Origin: a virus
Lineage: Duplodnaviria > Caudoviricetes
Strand: one strand, 5' to 3'
IMG/VR virus record: IMGVR_UViG_3300031996_000011
Span: 1 to 29,715 of that record
DNA: 29,715 nucleotides
Part shown: positions 15,867 through 25,861 of the stretch, piece by piece
How the letters are laid out: every line of letters begins with the position of its first letter
Numbering within the stretch: the first letter of the stretch is position 1
Program-made: the position numbers and the translations under genes
The notes under the pieces: generated by a model
Told to the model about the DNA's origin: nothing
Database searches by the model: none
What the model saw: the letters and a program-made list of their open reading frames with translations, nothing else

Positions 15867-16880
15867 ATGGGCTTCACTTCCCAAGCTGGTCAGGCTATCC
15901 TTCGGTCCCAGGCCGTTCAGGGAACCTACCAGTCTGACACAGGTACTACCGGTGTCGCTATCAAGCTGCGTTCTGGTGGCCTTGGTACCAACCGTGACCT
16001 GCTGATCCCTGACCCCGAGATCGGTGGCGGTCGAGACACCGTTGACGCCTACCTTGGTGCAGTCTCGTGGGGCGGTGACTATGAGTTCTACGCTCGCGTA
16101 GACTCCCTCGCCACCCTCCTGTATGCGTGCCTTGGCACGAAGGCTGCGCCTGTCACCGCTACTGGCGTCACGACCCACACCATCACGCCGCTCGACTCCG
16201 GTACGCTGCCGTTCCTCTCCGTTGAGGAGAACATCGGTGGCACGATGGAGACGTACAACTACACGGACGCTGTTGTCAACAGCCTTCACCTTGAGGCTGA
16301 GGCGAACGGCTACCTGCAGGGTACTGCCAACATCATCGCCGCCAAGCAGATTGCTGGTGCCACCAAGACTCCTTCGCCGGTCTGGGATAACACTCCCATG
16401 ACCGTCGGCACGAACATCACGGTGACTTACAACTCCGTGAGCCTTCCGGCGAAGTCCTTCTCGGTGGATATCAACAACAACTTCGAGGATGACGACTTCC
16501 GTCTCGGCTCGTTCTACATCGGTGACCTGACCGCTAAGGGCCGCGAGGTTTCCCTTGGCTTCAGCATCCGCGAGAAGGACTCGGCCCTGTGGCGGCAGGC
16601 TACCTACGGCACGTCTGCAGCTGTCGCCCCCGGTGGCGTGACGACCAAGCAGCAGCTTGTCATCACCTGCAGTACCTACGAGACGATCTCGGGCTCTACC
16701 CCGCCCACCGCGTACTCGCTGACGCTGACGTTCCCGCAGGTTCTGTTCTCGCCGTACTCGCTGGACCCGTCCGGTGATGACATTATCGAGTCGGACATTG
16801 AGGCTCGTGCAGTTCGCCCCGTTCCCGGTACCAGTGTAATGACTGCGGTAGTCAAGACCGGCAAGGCGACCGTCGCCTAA
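15867..16880 (+). CDS. Major tail (tube) protein
   Basis: T/G-rich with strong codon bias; HTITP...LP.LSVE, FSVDINNN motifs; followed by a hairpin and the chaperone genes. Confidence 0.88.
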   Translation: MGFTSQAGQAILRSQAVQGTYQSDTGTTGVAIKLRSGGLGTNRDLLIPDPEIGGGRDTVDAYLGAVSWGGDYEFYARVDSLATLLYACLGTKAAPVTATGVTTHTITPLDSGTLPFLSVEENIGGTMETYNYTDAVVNSLHLEAEANGYLQGTANIIAAKQIAGATKTPSPVWDNTPMTVGTNITVTYNSVSLPAKSFSVDINNNFEDDDFRLGSFYIGDLTAKGREVSLGFSIREKDSALWRQATYGTSAAVAPGGVTTKQQLVITCSTYETISGSTPPTAYSLTLTFPQVLFSPYSLDPSGDDIIESDIEARAVRPVPGTSVMTAVVKTGKATVA

Positions 16881-16886
16881 CAAGCT

Positions 16887-16927
16887 CTGGTGCCCCGACT
16901 CAACTTCTTCTTGAGTCGGGGCACCAG
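16887..16927 (+). terminator. Hairpin after the tail tube gene
   Basis: CTGGTGCCCCGACTCAA / TTGAGTCGGGGCACCAG, perfect 17-bp stem with 7-nt loop. Confidence 0.75.
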
Positions 16928-16968
16928 CTCCACAAGAAGCCACAAGACCATGAAAGGGTCACAGGCAC

Positions 16969-17463
16969 ATGACTGACGTTGAGTACGACCAGGCAGTGAA
17001 CCAGCGCGTTCAGGAAGACTACTTCGGCTTCCAGGCTACCGAGCGTTACACCTTCCCTGATGGACTCACCTACGTTGAGTTCTCGGTGATGAACGAGGGC
17101 CAGAAGCTCAAGTTCCAGAAGGCTACCGGGCGCGACATTGTCCTGCAGCGTTCTGGCGATGCCCGTATGCGGATGGACCCCGGTTCAGAGCGTCACGAGC
17201 TGATCAAGACCTGTATCGTTGACTGGAACCTGACCCGTAACGGGCAGCTCGTTCCGCTCAACCCGCGCAACCTCGACGACTTCCTCAAGCTGACGAATCC
17301 CCGTCTGGTGGAGGAGATCGAGAAGGCGATTCGCAAGGCGAACCCGTGGCTGCTCGGCGACATGAAGCCTGCCGACATTCGCCAGCAGATCGACGACCTC
17401 GAAGAGATGTACCGGATCGCGGTTGAGCGCGAAGAGGGGGAAGCCTCTTCCAGCGGCAAGTAA
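16969..17463 (+). CDS. Tail assembly chaperone (gpG-like)
   Basis: Lies between tail tube and tape measure; IVDWNL motif; slippery site near the 3' end. Confidence 0.85.
   Translation: MTDVEYDQAVNQRVQEDYFGFQATERYTFPDGLTYVEFSVMNEGQKLKFQKATGRDIVLQRSGDARMRMDPGSERHELIKTCIVDWNLTRNGQLVPLNPRNLDDFLKLTNPRLVEEIEKAIRKANPWLLGDMKPADIRQQIDDLEEMYRIAVEREEGEASSSGK
17436..17442 (+). other. Programmed -1 frameshift site G GGG GAA
   Basis: In-frame GAG GGG GAA. The -1 frame is open from 17439 (GSLFQRQVKDYVAGKPVQNAHPIIRMFS...) to the stop at 17711. Confidence 0.85.
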
Positions 17464-17711
17464 AGGACTATGTCGCTGGGAAGCCTGTTCAGAACGCCCA
17501 CCCGATCATCAGAATGTTCTCTATCTGCGAGAGCATGAAGTGGTCACATCTGCCGGTGGCAGGTGGGGTGTACGATCAGCACCCGGACTTGTTAGCTGGA
17601 TTCCAAGTAATCTTCCACGAGCGCGCGGAGCACGAAGAGCGTGAGCGCAAGCGGGAAGAAGCAAAATCAAGAGCTCGTAACCCAGGCGTAGCGGGTCATC
17701 GCCGCAGGTAG
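17439..17711 (+). CDS. Tail assembly chaperone frameshift extension (gpT part of gpGT, 16969..17711)
   Basis: The -1 frame continues into ORF 17514..17711, which has the LP.AGG.YDQ motif common in these extensions. Confidence 0.8.
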   Translation, partial: GSLFQRQVKDYVAGKPVQNAHPIIRMFSICESMKWSHLPVAGGVYDQHPDLLAGFQVIFHERAEHEERERKREEAKSRARNPGVAGHRRR

Positions 17712-17752
17712 GATATCCGGTCATGCTGGACAGCGTGGCCGGATATCTTTAT
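17710..17752 (+). terminator. Hairpin with short U-tract upstream of the tape measure gene, overlapping a putative promoter
   Basis: GATATCCGGTCATGCTG / CAGCGTGGCCGGATATC followed by TTTAT; both mismatches are U:G on the + strand RNA. TGGACA (17727-17732) - N17 - TATGCT (17750-17755) overlaps it. Confidence 0.6.
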
Positions 17753-17813
17753 GCTCGGCAGTCACGTCGGGCACTGGAGGCCCATTGAGGCTTTCAGGTC
17801 TGGAGGTTAAGCC

Positions 17814-20800
17814 ATCAACGCCTTCGCATATATTCAGATGCAGGTGCAGGCAACACAGGCTCGAGCTCAGCTCGCCTTCCTAAAGGGTGATATTGCGCAA
17901 CTCACCAAAGAGATTGCGACAATGAACCTGCAACTTGGGAACGCCCAGGCCCAGCTTAACAGGCAGACCATCTCGGCGAATGCCTCTTCTGCTGCGATCA
18001 ACCGCAACACCGCTGCAGCAACAAGAAACGCAGCAGCCAATGCTAAGGCTGCATCTGGCGTTCGTGCGTGGGTAGCTGCCCAGACCGCAGGCCTCAAGGC
18101 CACGTCCTACCTTGGCAACCAGATCCAGTGGGCCGGCCGCCAGCTGCAGTACAACTTCACTCTTCCGCTCCTGATCGCTGGAGGCGCTGCCTTCAAGTGG
18201 GCAATGGATCAGGAAGCTGGCATGGTCCGCATCAAGAAGGTCTACGGTGACGGTGCCCGCAATGCAGACTTTTACAAGAAGGAGATCATTTCTCTAGGTA
18301 AGGCATTTTCCTTCCTCTCGGAGAAGTACGGCATCCAGAAGAAGGACGTTGAAAGTATCGCGGCTGATTGGGCGGCTGCTGGTGCTTCAGGTCTAGCCCT
18401 GGCAAAGCAGACTGACCTGACCATGAAGACGATGATTCTCGGTGAGATGGATGCCGCGTCTGCGACGAAGGCTCTTATCTCTATCCAGTCACAGTATCAC
18501 CAGAGTACTAAAGAACTTGCCACCACCATCAACACCCTCAACATGATTGAGAACCAGACCGGCATTACAATGTCGGGTCTGATCGAAGGCTTCTCGCGTT
18601 CGGCTGGTGTCGCCAAGGATGCAGGCGTTGACGTGCAGCACCTTGGTGCCATGCTTGCTGCTCTTACACCTGCAGCCGGTAGCGCCACGCAGGCTGGTAA
18701 CGGCCTCAAGACTATCATCTCGCGCCTCCTTTCTCCCACGAAGGAAGCCGCAGAGGTCATGGGCCTTATGCACGTCAACACCAAGAGCGTGGCGTGGCAG
18801 AGCAAGAACGCCGTACAGCGTCTTGAGGCCATGGCGCAGTCTTATTCGCACCTCAATAACAATGAGAAGTTCGCACTCAATACTGCACTGGCTAGCCGGT
18901 ATCAGCTGAACCGCTTGGACGTGCTCTTCGGAGATATGATCAAGACGCAAGGCTACTACCAGCGCGCTCTCCGAGCTACCAACGACCTGGAGAAGAATCG
19001 TATTCAGGCAGAGTACGAGCTTAACCAGGTTCTTGACAGCAGTCCGCAGAAGCTGAAGATGATTTACTCGATCCTCCAGAACGCAATGGTCGATATCATC
19101 CAGCCGCTGATCCCTGTCATCCTCCGTCTGGCATACTGGATTTCAGATCTGGCTAAGAAGTTCTCGGAGCTGCCTCCGCATACCCGCGACACGATCCTAG
19201 CTCTTGGCCTCCTCCTTGCGGCCATTGGCCCGCTGGGCCGGTACATCGGCTCGTTCATGACGCTGCTGACTGTACTTGGTAGCGGCTTTAGGCTTCTGCT
19301 AATTCCGATCAAGGCCGTTGGCTCGATCCTTGCTTGGCTCTTCCTCGGGCCGTTCAAGCTGATCGGCGCCGCTGTTTCTGGTGCAATCAAGGCCCTCATG
19401 GCCTTCCGGTTCGCAATGATCGGCAGGGCGTTCGCAGGTCTTGGTCCGCTGCTCGGTCGCCTCCTCCTCGGTCCGGTTGGCTGGGCGCTGGGTGCCGTCG
19501 CGCTGTTGTTTGCACTGTTCCACAAGCAGATCGCACAACTGTGGAACAAGTTCCTTATTTGGCTGAACAGTGATAGCGCCGCAGGTCTGCGAAACTTTGT
19601 GCAGAACGTTTCGAAGTTCTTTGACTCGATGGTCAAGCAGGTTCTCAAGGCGTTCTACTCTCTGCCTCAGGGTGTCCAAGATGCGATCATGGCAGTTGTT
19701 CGCATCGTAGAGGCAGGCGCCAAGCTTGTCTACAAGCTGTTCAGCTACCTCAACCCGTGGGCGCACCACAGCCCATCGCTCGTTGAGTCGGTTACCACTG
19801 GTATGGCAGCTGTCCGGGCAGCCTACGCCTCGATTGGTAACGTGGCTGGCCCGTTTGGCAGGGCTGCTGCTGACCTTGCGGCCTTCAAGCGTGTTGCCGC
19901 AAGTCTTGACAATGCCAAGATGAATGAGCAGCAGGTGAACGTCGCCAAGGGCGCCCCTGCTCAGCTTGCATTGTTTAAGTCGCTTCGTGCTGATCTTTCT
20001 TCACTCAATACACTTCTTGAGCGCCAGGCGGCAGACGTGTCGCTGCAGCAATCCATCGTGGACCGCTGGAAGGCATCTCTGGATGCCGCGAATCGCGCAC
20101 TTGACGCCCAGCAGGCGAAGCTTGATGATCTGCAGAATACGCTTGACGGACTTAAGGATGCTTACTCGGCGCACGAGGATGCGCTGAACAAGTTTGCTAG
20201 CACCCCGATTCAGGGTATGCAGGCAATGTCTGATGCCATCTTTGAGAACCAGATGGCACAGAAGAAGCTTCAGCTCCAAATGGCTCAGTGGGAGCAGGTA
20301 AATGGCCCCATTGAGGATACCCGCAACAAGATTGCTTCCCTGCAGGGTGATATTGAGCAGCTAACTGGCGAAGCTGCTAACCTGCGCGCCAAGGGTGCAG
20401 GCAGCGATATCCTTGGGCCGATCAATGCGCAGATCGACGCCATGAAGGCTCAGCAGAAGGCGCTGAACAAGGCAGTCGACGGCTCTCCCATTGACGACAT
20501 GCAGAAGCAGCTTGACAAGTTGCAGAAGCAGGGTGAAATCCTCCAGCTGCAGAATGACATTAAGTTCGATCCGCTGACTCGCCAGATCGACAAGTTGGCT
20601 AAGGCTGAGAAGGAACTTCCCTACGCCACCATCGTAGCAGGCATCAAGAACGAGCAGGCTGCAATGGCTAAGCTGCAGCCACAGATCGACAAGATGACTC
20701 GGGCTGTTGCTGCACAGAAGGCAGTCGTAGATGCCCACACCAAGGCTCGCGACCAGCTTCAGCTGCGCTACGACATGGAGAACGATAAGCTTCAGGTCCT

Positions 20801-23717
20801 GCAGGATGCTTACAGCAAGACCGAGCAGATGGTTCAGGATATTAAGTCTGCACTTGATGATCTTGGTTCAGCTGCGGTCGATGCTATGCAGAAGGCCGAG
20901 GACGCTGCAAAGAAGACCAAGAAGGCCGCAGATGATGCCGCGAAGGCGTTGTCGACGGCTGCCGCAAACTTCAATGCTGCAGCTGGCGTGCCAGATTTCC
21001 CCGACGTTAGCGGAACAGGCAGCATCGGTCGCGAGGGCGGCCTGGCTGATCAGCAAAAGCAGATTGACCAGTGGCTCAAGGACCAGCAGGCAAAGTGGAA
21101 GACTTCGTTCGGCAACTTTGATATCTTCAAGCCGATCAAGGACCAGTGGAATAGCCTCTGGACTTGGATGAACAAGAACGTTTCCACCCCGATTAGTAAC
21201 TGGTGGGATAGCGTAAAGAAGAGCTTCCGCCACTGGCTCTTCGACACCTTCAACCTTGGCGACCCTGAAGCCCAGGTCTACATCGGCAACGGTGCGACCA
21301 CACTTGCTAAGAGCACCGGCCAGGCCCTGCGGGAGGCTTTTGCCAAGATCGGCAACCCTGTAGTCGACTGGTGGAACAATAACGTAACTCCTCTCTGGAA
21401 CGTCATTTCGCCTGATATAAACCGCATTATTGATGAGATTGGAAAGATTCCGCGCAAGCTTCGCGAGAGGATCGGTCCTGAGCTCGCAAAGTTCTCCCAG
21501 ATATTCGCGGGTATGCAGGGTAGCATGGAAGGTTTTAAGACCTTTGTGAAGGGCTGGTTTGCAGCGCTGTACGGAACAGCCTTCATGTCGCTGACGATGA
21601 TCTTTTCGATCGTTTCTCACACAATCGGTGCGATCATAGATATGGCGATCGGCACCTTCCAGGGCTTCCTCATTACCATTCGAGGCATCCTGGAGGTTAT
21701 TGTCGGCCTCTTCACCGGCAACTGGGGCAAGGTCTATATTGGCCTCAAGGATATCATGCGTGGCATCGTTACGATGGCACTCTCAACATGGCAGAACCTC
21801 AAGAAGGTACTCCTCGGCATTGTACTCGGGATCGTGGATGGAATCCACAGGCTCTGGCTCTGGCTGAAGGACAAGCTCGTAGGCCACTCGGTTATCCCTG
21901 ACCTGGTTAATGATATCATCAGGTGGTTCTCGGAGCTTCCTGGCAAGGCCGGTAAGTGGATTAGCGACTTCGTTACGAAGGCCGTGAAGCTATTTAGTGA
22001 ACTTCCTGGAAAGGCGTTCACTGCTCTAGACACTCTTAAGAGCAAGCTGAGTAGCGCTGCTGGCACTGCGTTTGATTGGTTCTTGGATCGCGCCAAGGTG
22101 AAGTGGAAGACGATCAATGACTGGTTCGGAGGTCGCCCTCAGGCAGCTTTCGATACGCTTATTAAGATCAAGGATAAGGTTGGCGACGTCGCCAGCAAGT
22201 CCTTCGACAACTTCATGACTAACGGAAAGAAGAAGTGGAACGATACCTTAACTTGGTTCCGGGGCCTTCCTAAGTCTTCCTATGACAACCTCATCGGGAT
22301 CAGGGACAAGGTCGGCGAAGTTGGCAGTAAGGCGTTTGACTGGTTCGTCACCAAGGCCAAGGATATCATCGGACGAGACAGCAAGCACGGCTTCATGTAC
22401 TGGATTTCTCAGATTCCGAACCGCATTGCTAGTGCCCTTGGTAGCCTCGGAAGCACCATTGCCTACAAGCTCAAGGATGGGTGGAACTCTGCTGCAGGGT
22501 GGATCAACAAGCACGGTGTAGACAATGTCAACAAGGCTCTGAAGCTGTTCAGCGTCAGGATCGACCCGCTGCCTACGTTCGCAACTGGTGGTGTCATTCC
22601 TGGCAAGGCTACTCGTAAGGATAACACCATCATCGCAGCGCGCTCTGGTGAAGGCGTTATCGTTCCAGAGGTCGTTCGTTGGCTGGGTGGAGCGCAAGGA
22701 CTGGCTATGCTTAATGGCGCAGCCCAGCGTGGACAGCTTCGCAGGTCCAAGGATGACGTGCCTCATTTCAAGGATGGCGGTGTCGTTGGAAAGCTTGGTG
22801 ACATGCTTTCCGGTATCGGTAGCCACGTCAACGACTGGCTCTCCAAGGGTACTGGATTTGCACTCGACCACATTCTCTCGCCGTTTGAGCCTGCCATGCG
22901 GACACTATTCCCCGGAAAGCCCTTCATTGAAGACTGGTTCGTGGGCGTCATCAAGGAATGGCGCAAGAAGGCCAAGGCCTGGGGTGACAACAAGGATAGC
23001 GCACTTGCCTCGGGTGGTTTTGGTGGTGGCGGAGACTTCGGAGCAGGTTCTGCCAATGCAAAGGCTAACCAGGCTATCGCCCAGCGCCTTCTTCCCAGCT
23101 ACGGCTGGAGCGCCGGTCAGATGAACCCGCTTATCGCCCTTTGGAACGGCGAGTCAGGATGGAATGAGCGGGCTCGCAACCCCTCCTCTGGTGCTTACGG
23201 TATTCCGCAGTCACTGCCTGCTAACAAGATGGCATCGGCTGGTGCCGACTGGATGACCAACCCTGCCACCCAGATTCGATGGGGCATGGGCTACATCAAG
23301 TCGGTCTACAGCACGCCTGCTAATGCTTACCTTAAGTGGCTGGCGCGGTCGCCGCACTGGTACGACAAGGGTGGAATCATGTCTCCTGGCCTTACGCTGG
23401 CCCGAAACGGCACCGGCAAGGACGAGCTGGTGCTCACGAATGCGGACGCTACGGCTATCTCGAATGTCATTAGCATGATGGATCGTGCAATGGCAAAGAG
23501 CGGGTCGGGGGGCACCCCAGGGACCGCCACAGTGCGCTCCATGTCCGCATCGGTTACGTCGCTGGAGTCCCGCCTACGGGCGCAGCAGAGCAGTACCCCT
23601 GCTCGATCCAGCGAGGGCACGACTATCAACATCAACGGCGACCTCGTTCTGCCGAACATCAAGTCCGGCAATGACGCTGACACCTTCATCAAGCACCTGA
23701 AGAACCTGGCGGGCTAA
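17814..23717 (+). CDS. Tape measure protein with TP901-like core and C-terminal lytic transglycosylase; probable ATC start at 17814 (first ATG at 17838)
   Basis: Longest ORF, after the chaperones, with Ala-rich, coiled-coil and Trp-periodic segments. LWNGESGWN..A.NPSSGAYGIPQSLP is an SLT-like domain. GGAGG at 17802-17806 is 7 nt before the in-frame ATC. Confidence 0.93.
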   Translation: MNAFAYIQMQVQATQARAQLAFLKGDIAQLTKEIATMNLQLGNAQAQLNRQTISANASSAAINRNTAAATRNAAANAKAASGVRAWVAAQTAGLKATSYLGNQIQWAGRQLQYNFTLPLLIAGGAAFKWAMDQEAGMVRIKKVYGDGARNADFYKKEIISLGKAFSFLSEKYGIQKKDVESIAADWAAAGASGLALAKQTDLTMKTMILGEMDAASATKALISIQSQYHQSTKELATTINTLNMIENQTGITMSGLIEGFSRSAGVAKDAGVDVQHLGAMLAALTPAAGSATQAGNGLKTIISRLLSPTKEAAEVMGLMHVNTKSVAWQSKNAVQRLEAMAQSYSHLNNNEKFALNTALASRYQLNRLDVLFGDMIKTQGYYQRALRATNDLEKNRIQAEYELNQVLDSSPQKLKMIYSILQNAMVDIIQPLIPVILRLAYWISDLAKKFSELPPHTRDTILALGLLLAAIGPLGRYIGSFMTLLTVLGSGFRLLLIPIKAVGSILAWLFLGPFKLIGAAVSGAIKALMAFRFAMIGRAFAGLGPLLGRLLLGPVGWALGAVALLFALFHKQIAQLWNKFLIWLNSDSAAGLRNFVQNVSKFFDSMVKQVLKAFYSLPQGVQDAIMAVVRIVEAGAKLVYKLFSYLNPWAHHSPSLVESVTTGMAAVRAAYASIGNVAGPFGRAAADLAAFKRVAASLDNAKMNEQQVNVAKGAPAQLALFKSLRADLSSLNTLLERQAADVSLQQSIVDRWKASLDAANRALDAQQAKLDDLQNTLDGLKDAYSAHEDALNKFASTPIQGMQAMSDAIFENQMAQKKLQLQMAQWEQVNGPIEDTRNKIASLQGDIEQLTGEAANLRAKGAGSDILGPINAQIDAMKAQQKALNKAVDGSPIDDMQKQLDKLQKQGEILQLQNDIKFDPLTRQIDKLAKAEKELPYATIVAGIKNEQAAMAKLQPQIDKMTRAVAAQKAVVDAHTKARDQLQLRYDMENDKLQVLQDAYSKTEQMVQDIKSALDDLGSAAVDAMQKAEDAAKKTKKAADDAAKALSTAAANFNAAAGVPDFPDVSGTGSIGREGGLADQQKQIDQWLKDQQAKWKTSFGNFDIFKPIKDQWNSLWTWMNKNVSTPISNWWDSVKKSFRHWLFDTFNLGDPEAQVYIGNGATTLAKSTGQALREAFAKIGNPVVDWWNNNVTPLWNVISPDINRIIDEIGKIPRKLRERIGPELAKFSQIFAGMQGSMEGFKTFVKGWFAALYGTAFMSLTMIFSIVSHTIGAIIDMAIGTFQGFLITIRGILEVIVGLFTGNWGKVYIGLKDIMRGIVTMALSTWQNLKKVLLGIVLGIVDGIHRLWLWLKDKLVGHSVIPDLVNDIIRWFSELPGKAGKWISDFVTKAVKLFSELPGKAFTALDTLKSKLSSAAGTAFDWFLDRAKVKWKTINDWFGGRPQAAFDTLIKIKDKVGDVASKSFDNFMTNGKKKWNDTLTWFRGLPKSSYDNLIGIRDKVGEVGSKAFDWFVTKAKDIIGRDSKHGFMYWISQIPNRIASALGSLGSTIAYKLKDGWNSAAGWINKHGVDNVNKALKLFSVRIDPLPTFATGGVIPGKATRKDNTIIAARSGEGVIVPEVVRWLGGAQGLAMLNGAAQRGQLRRSKDDVPHFKDGGVVGKLGDMLSGIGSHVNDWLSKGTGFALDHILSPFEPAMRTLFPGKPFIEDWFVGVIKEWRKKAKAWGDNKDSALASGGFGGGGDFGAGSANAKANQAIAQRLLPSYGWSAGQMNPLIALWNGESGWNERARNPSSGAYGIPQSLPANKMASAGADWMTNPATQIRWGMGYIKSVYSTPANAYLKWLARSPHWYDKGGIMSPGLTLARNGTGKDELVLTNADATAISNVISMMDRAMAKSGSGGTPGTATVRSMSASVTSLESRLRAQQSSTPARSSEGTTININGDLVLPNIKSGNDADTFIKHLKNLAG

Positions 23718-25861
23718 TGGGAACTGTAACGCTCCGACCTACCTCAGTCGTTCAGGCTGGCACTGGCGTCACGCTCAATGGTGGAGCAGCTAATGCTGCT
23801 GCTGCTCTTGGTGACGCCAACGATGCGACCAGCATTACGTTCTCTACCTACCAGAGCTCAGTGTGGGGTGACGGGCCGCCTGCCACTGCTGTCCCTGTGG
23901 TTGCGTTCGCTGATGCAACAGGTACTATTCCTGCCGGTCGAACGATCACCAAGGTTCAGTTCTACATCAGAGGCCGTAACGGCTCCACTGGTTCTACGTC
24001 GCCTTCGTCTGGTTCGCTGCGGTACTCTGATAACGTTGAGGCTACTTACCTCTCGTTTGACACTGTCGGTGGAATCGTTAATCAGTACGTTGCAAACCTT
24101 AACACTGCATCGACCAGCAGCGGTGGCAACAAGGGTTCATGGACTTACGCTCTAGTCGATGGACTCAAGTGTGCTGTCGGTATGGACGGCACCACTGGCA
24201 CTGCAGTGATGATGGACGTGTGGCTGGTTGTTACTTACACCGACCAGCCGAACACTCCTACCAACGTCACCCCTTCGTCTGGCTCGACTGTTACCACCGA
24301 CACCCCCAACCTTACTGCGACCATGTCCGGTACAGGTTCGGGATCTGGATATACAATCGAGTGGCAGCTAGCCACGGATTCTGGTTTCACCGCCAACGTC
24401 AAGACTATCACCTCGACTGGTCTAGCAGCCAATGGTGTCTGGACACAGGCTGTTACCAGTGGTTCTGCCCTTTCGCCTGGAACTTGGTACATTCGCGCAA
24501 GGGCTAAGGATCAGCTCAATACCTATAGCGCCTATACGACTGGCGTAAGTTTTACGGTCTCGCACCCGGCTAGCGCCACTAGCCTTTCGCCCACCGGCGG
24601 CGCGATCACTTCTTACGTGAGTCCGAAGCGGCTTTCGTGGACGTTCACTGATACTTCGTCCACCGATACTCAGTCTGCATATCAGGTGGTCCTTGAGCGT
24701 AACGATACTGGTCAGGTCATTACTGACACTGGCAAGCTGAGCTCTGCAAACAAGTTCCATGACATGACCATTGCGACGACTTACAAGTCGACAATGTTGC
24801 GGTGGAAGGTTCAAGTCTGGGACGACAACAACACATCGTCTGGCTACTCAGCATACTCGCTGTTCATGCTGGCGGACACTGTTGCCGTCACGATCTCGGC
24901 ACCTACTGCAAATCAAGTTGTTGCAAACGGTGCGCCCACGACAACTTGGTCTATCAGCGGCAGCACGCAGGTCAAGTACAAGGTTGACTACAAGCTTGCC
25001 AGTAACGGAACCATCGTCCATTCCAGTGGCACGATCACTGACGCGAACACTCGTAGCTATACTCCTAGCACAAACGTTCTGCAGAACACGACCAACTATC
25101 AGGTCACTGTATCTATCACAGATGCTAACGGTCTGGTCGGCACTGCAACGCAGAGCTTCTCCACGAATTACCCGACACCTCCTGCAGTAACCTCTAGCGC
25201 AGATGTTAGCAATCTCGTCACGAACGGCTACGTCAATGTTGACTGGTCACAGCAGGTCGCTGACTCAACTTGGGTGGCTTGGAACGTTTACCGGCGCTTG
25301 GCTGGGACGACTACTTGGACGAACATCTTTACGACTACGAATGTCAACACCAGGTCGTTCCACGACTGGACGTTCCCGGCAGGCAACATCGTTGAGTACT
25401 CCGTCACGCAGGTTGCTACTCGCTCTGGCACCAATGTGGAAGGTGCTCCTGACTCCAATCCGCCCGACATTGACACCACTGATGGTAACTACTGGCTGAT
25501 CAATCCGTACGACGAGACAGTCAATATGCTGCTCGACAACGTGACCGACGACGGCTTTACCGATGAGTACGAACAGGAGTCGTTCGTTATCATTGGCCGT
25601 GGTCGAAAGGTCAATTACGGTACGCGGGCAGGTTACACCGGCACCCTCACTGCGAAGTTCCGTGACGACTCGAATAGGACCGCCCGACAGAAGCGCCTGC
25701 AGCTGGAGCTCTTGAAGGCGTCCCGTGCGCTGTATTACATGCGCAACCCTTTCGGTGATGTGATGCAGGTTGCCCTCGGAAACATCGGCATCTCGCGCAT
25801 TGGAGGCGTCGGGTCGAGTGAGTTTGTCGATGTTACTATTCCTTACGAGCAGGTCTTCTAA
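23717..25861 (+). CDS. Minor tail protein with Fn3/Ig-like domains and probable C-terminal distal-tail-like domain
   Basis: First gene after the tape measure; T/S-rich beta repeats (WYIRARAKD, QSAYQV, WKVQVWD); C-terminal YYMRNPFGD domain. Confidence 0.8.
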   Translation: MGTVTLRPTSVVQAGTGVTLNGGAANAAAALGDANDATSITFSTYQSSVWGDGPPATAVPVVAFADATGTIPAGRTITKVQFYIRGRNGSTGSTSPSSGSLRYSDNVEATYLSFDTVGGIVNQYVANLNTASTSSGGNKGSWTYALVDGLKCAVGMDGTTGTAVMMDVWLVVTYTDQPNTPTNVTPSSGSTVTTDTPNLTATMSGTGSGSGYTIEWQLATDSGFTANVKTITSTGLAANGVWTQAVTSGSALSPGTWYIRARAKDQLNTYSAYTTGVSFTVSHPASATSLSPTGGAITSYVSPKRLSWTFTDTSSTDTQSAYQVVLERNDTGQVITDTGKLSSANKFHDMTIATTYKSTMLRWKVQVWDDNNTSSGYSAYSLFMLADTVAVTISAPTANQVVANGAPTTTWSISGSTQVKYKVDYKLASNGTIVHSSGTITDANTRSYTPSTNVLQNTTNYQVTVSITDANGLVGTATQSFSTNYPTPPAVTSSADVSNLVTNGYVNVDWSQQVADSTWVAWNVYRRLAGTTTWTNIFTTTNVNTRSFHDWTFPAGNIVEYSVTQVATRSGTNVEGAPDSNPPDIDTTDGNYWLINPYDETVNMLLDNVTDDGFTDEYEQESFVIIGRGRKVNYGTRAGYTGTLTAKFRDDSNRTARQKRLQLELLKASRALYYMRNPFGDVMQVALGNIGISRIGGVGSSEFVDVTIPYEQVF

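Noticed and set aside
8652-16943. Other long antisense ORFs (8652..9704, 10650..11849, 15573..16943)
   Set aside because: They mirror well-supported structural genes and show no recognisable domains.
17423-17644. +1-frame ORF as the chaperone extension
   Set aside because: The slippery site predicts a -1 shift, and the -1 frame carries the expected motif.
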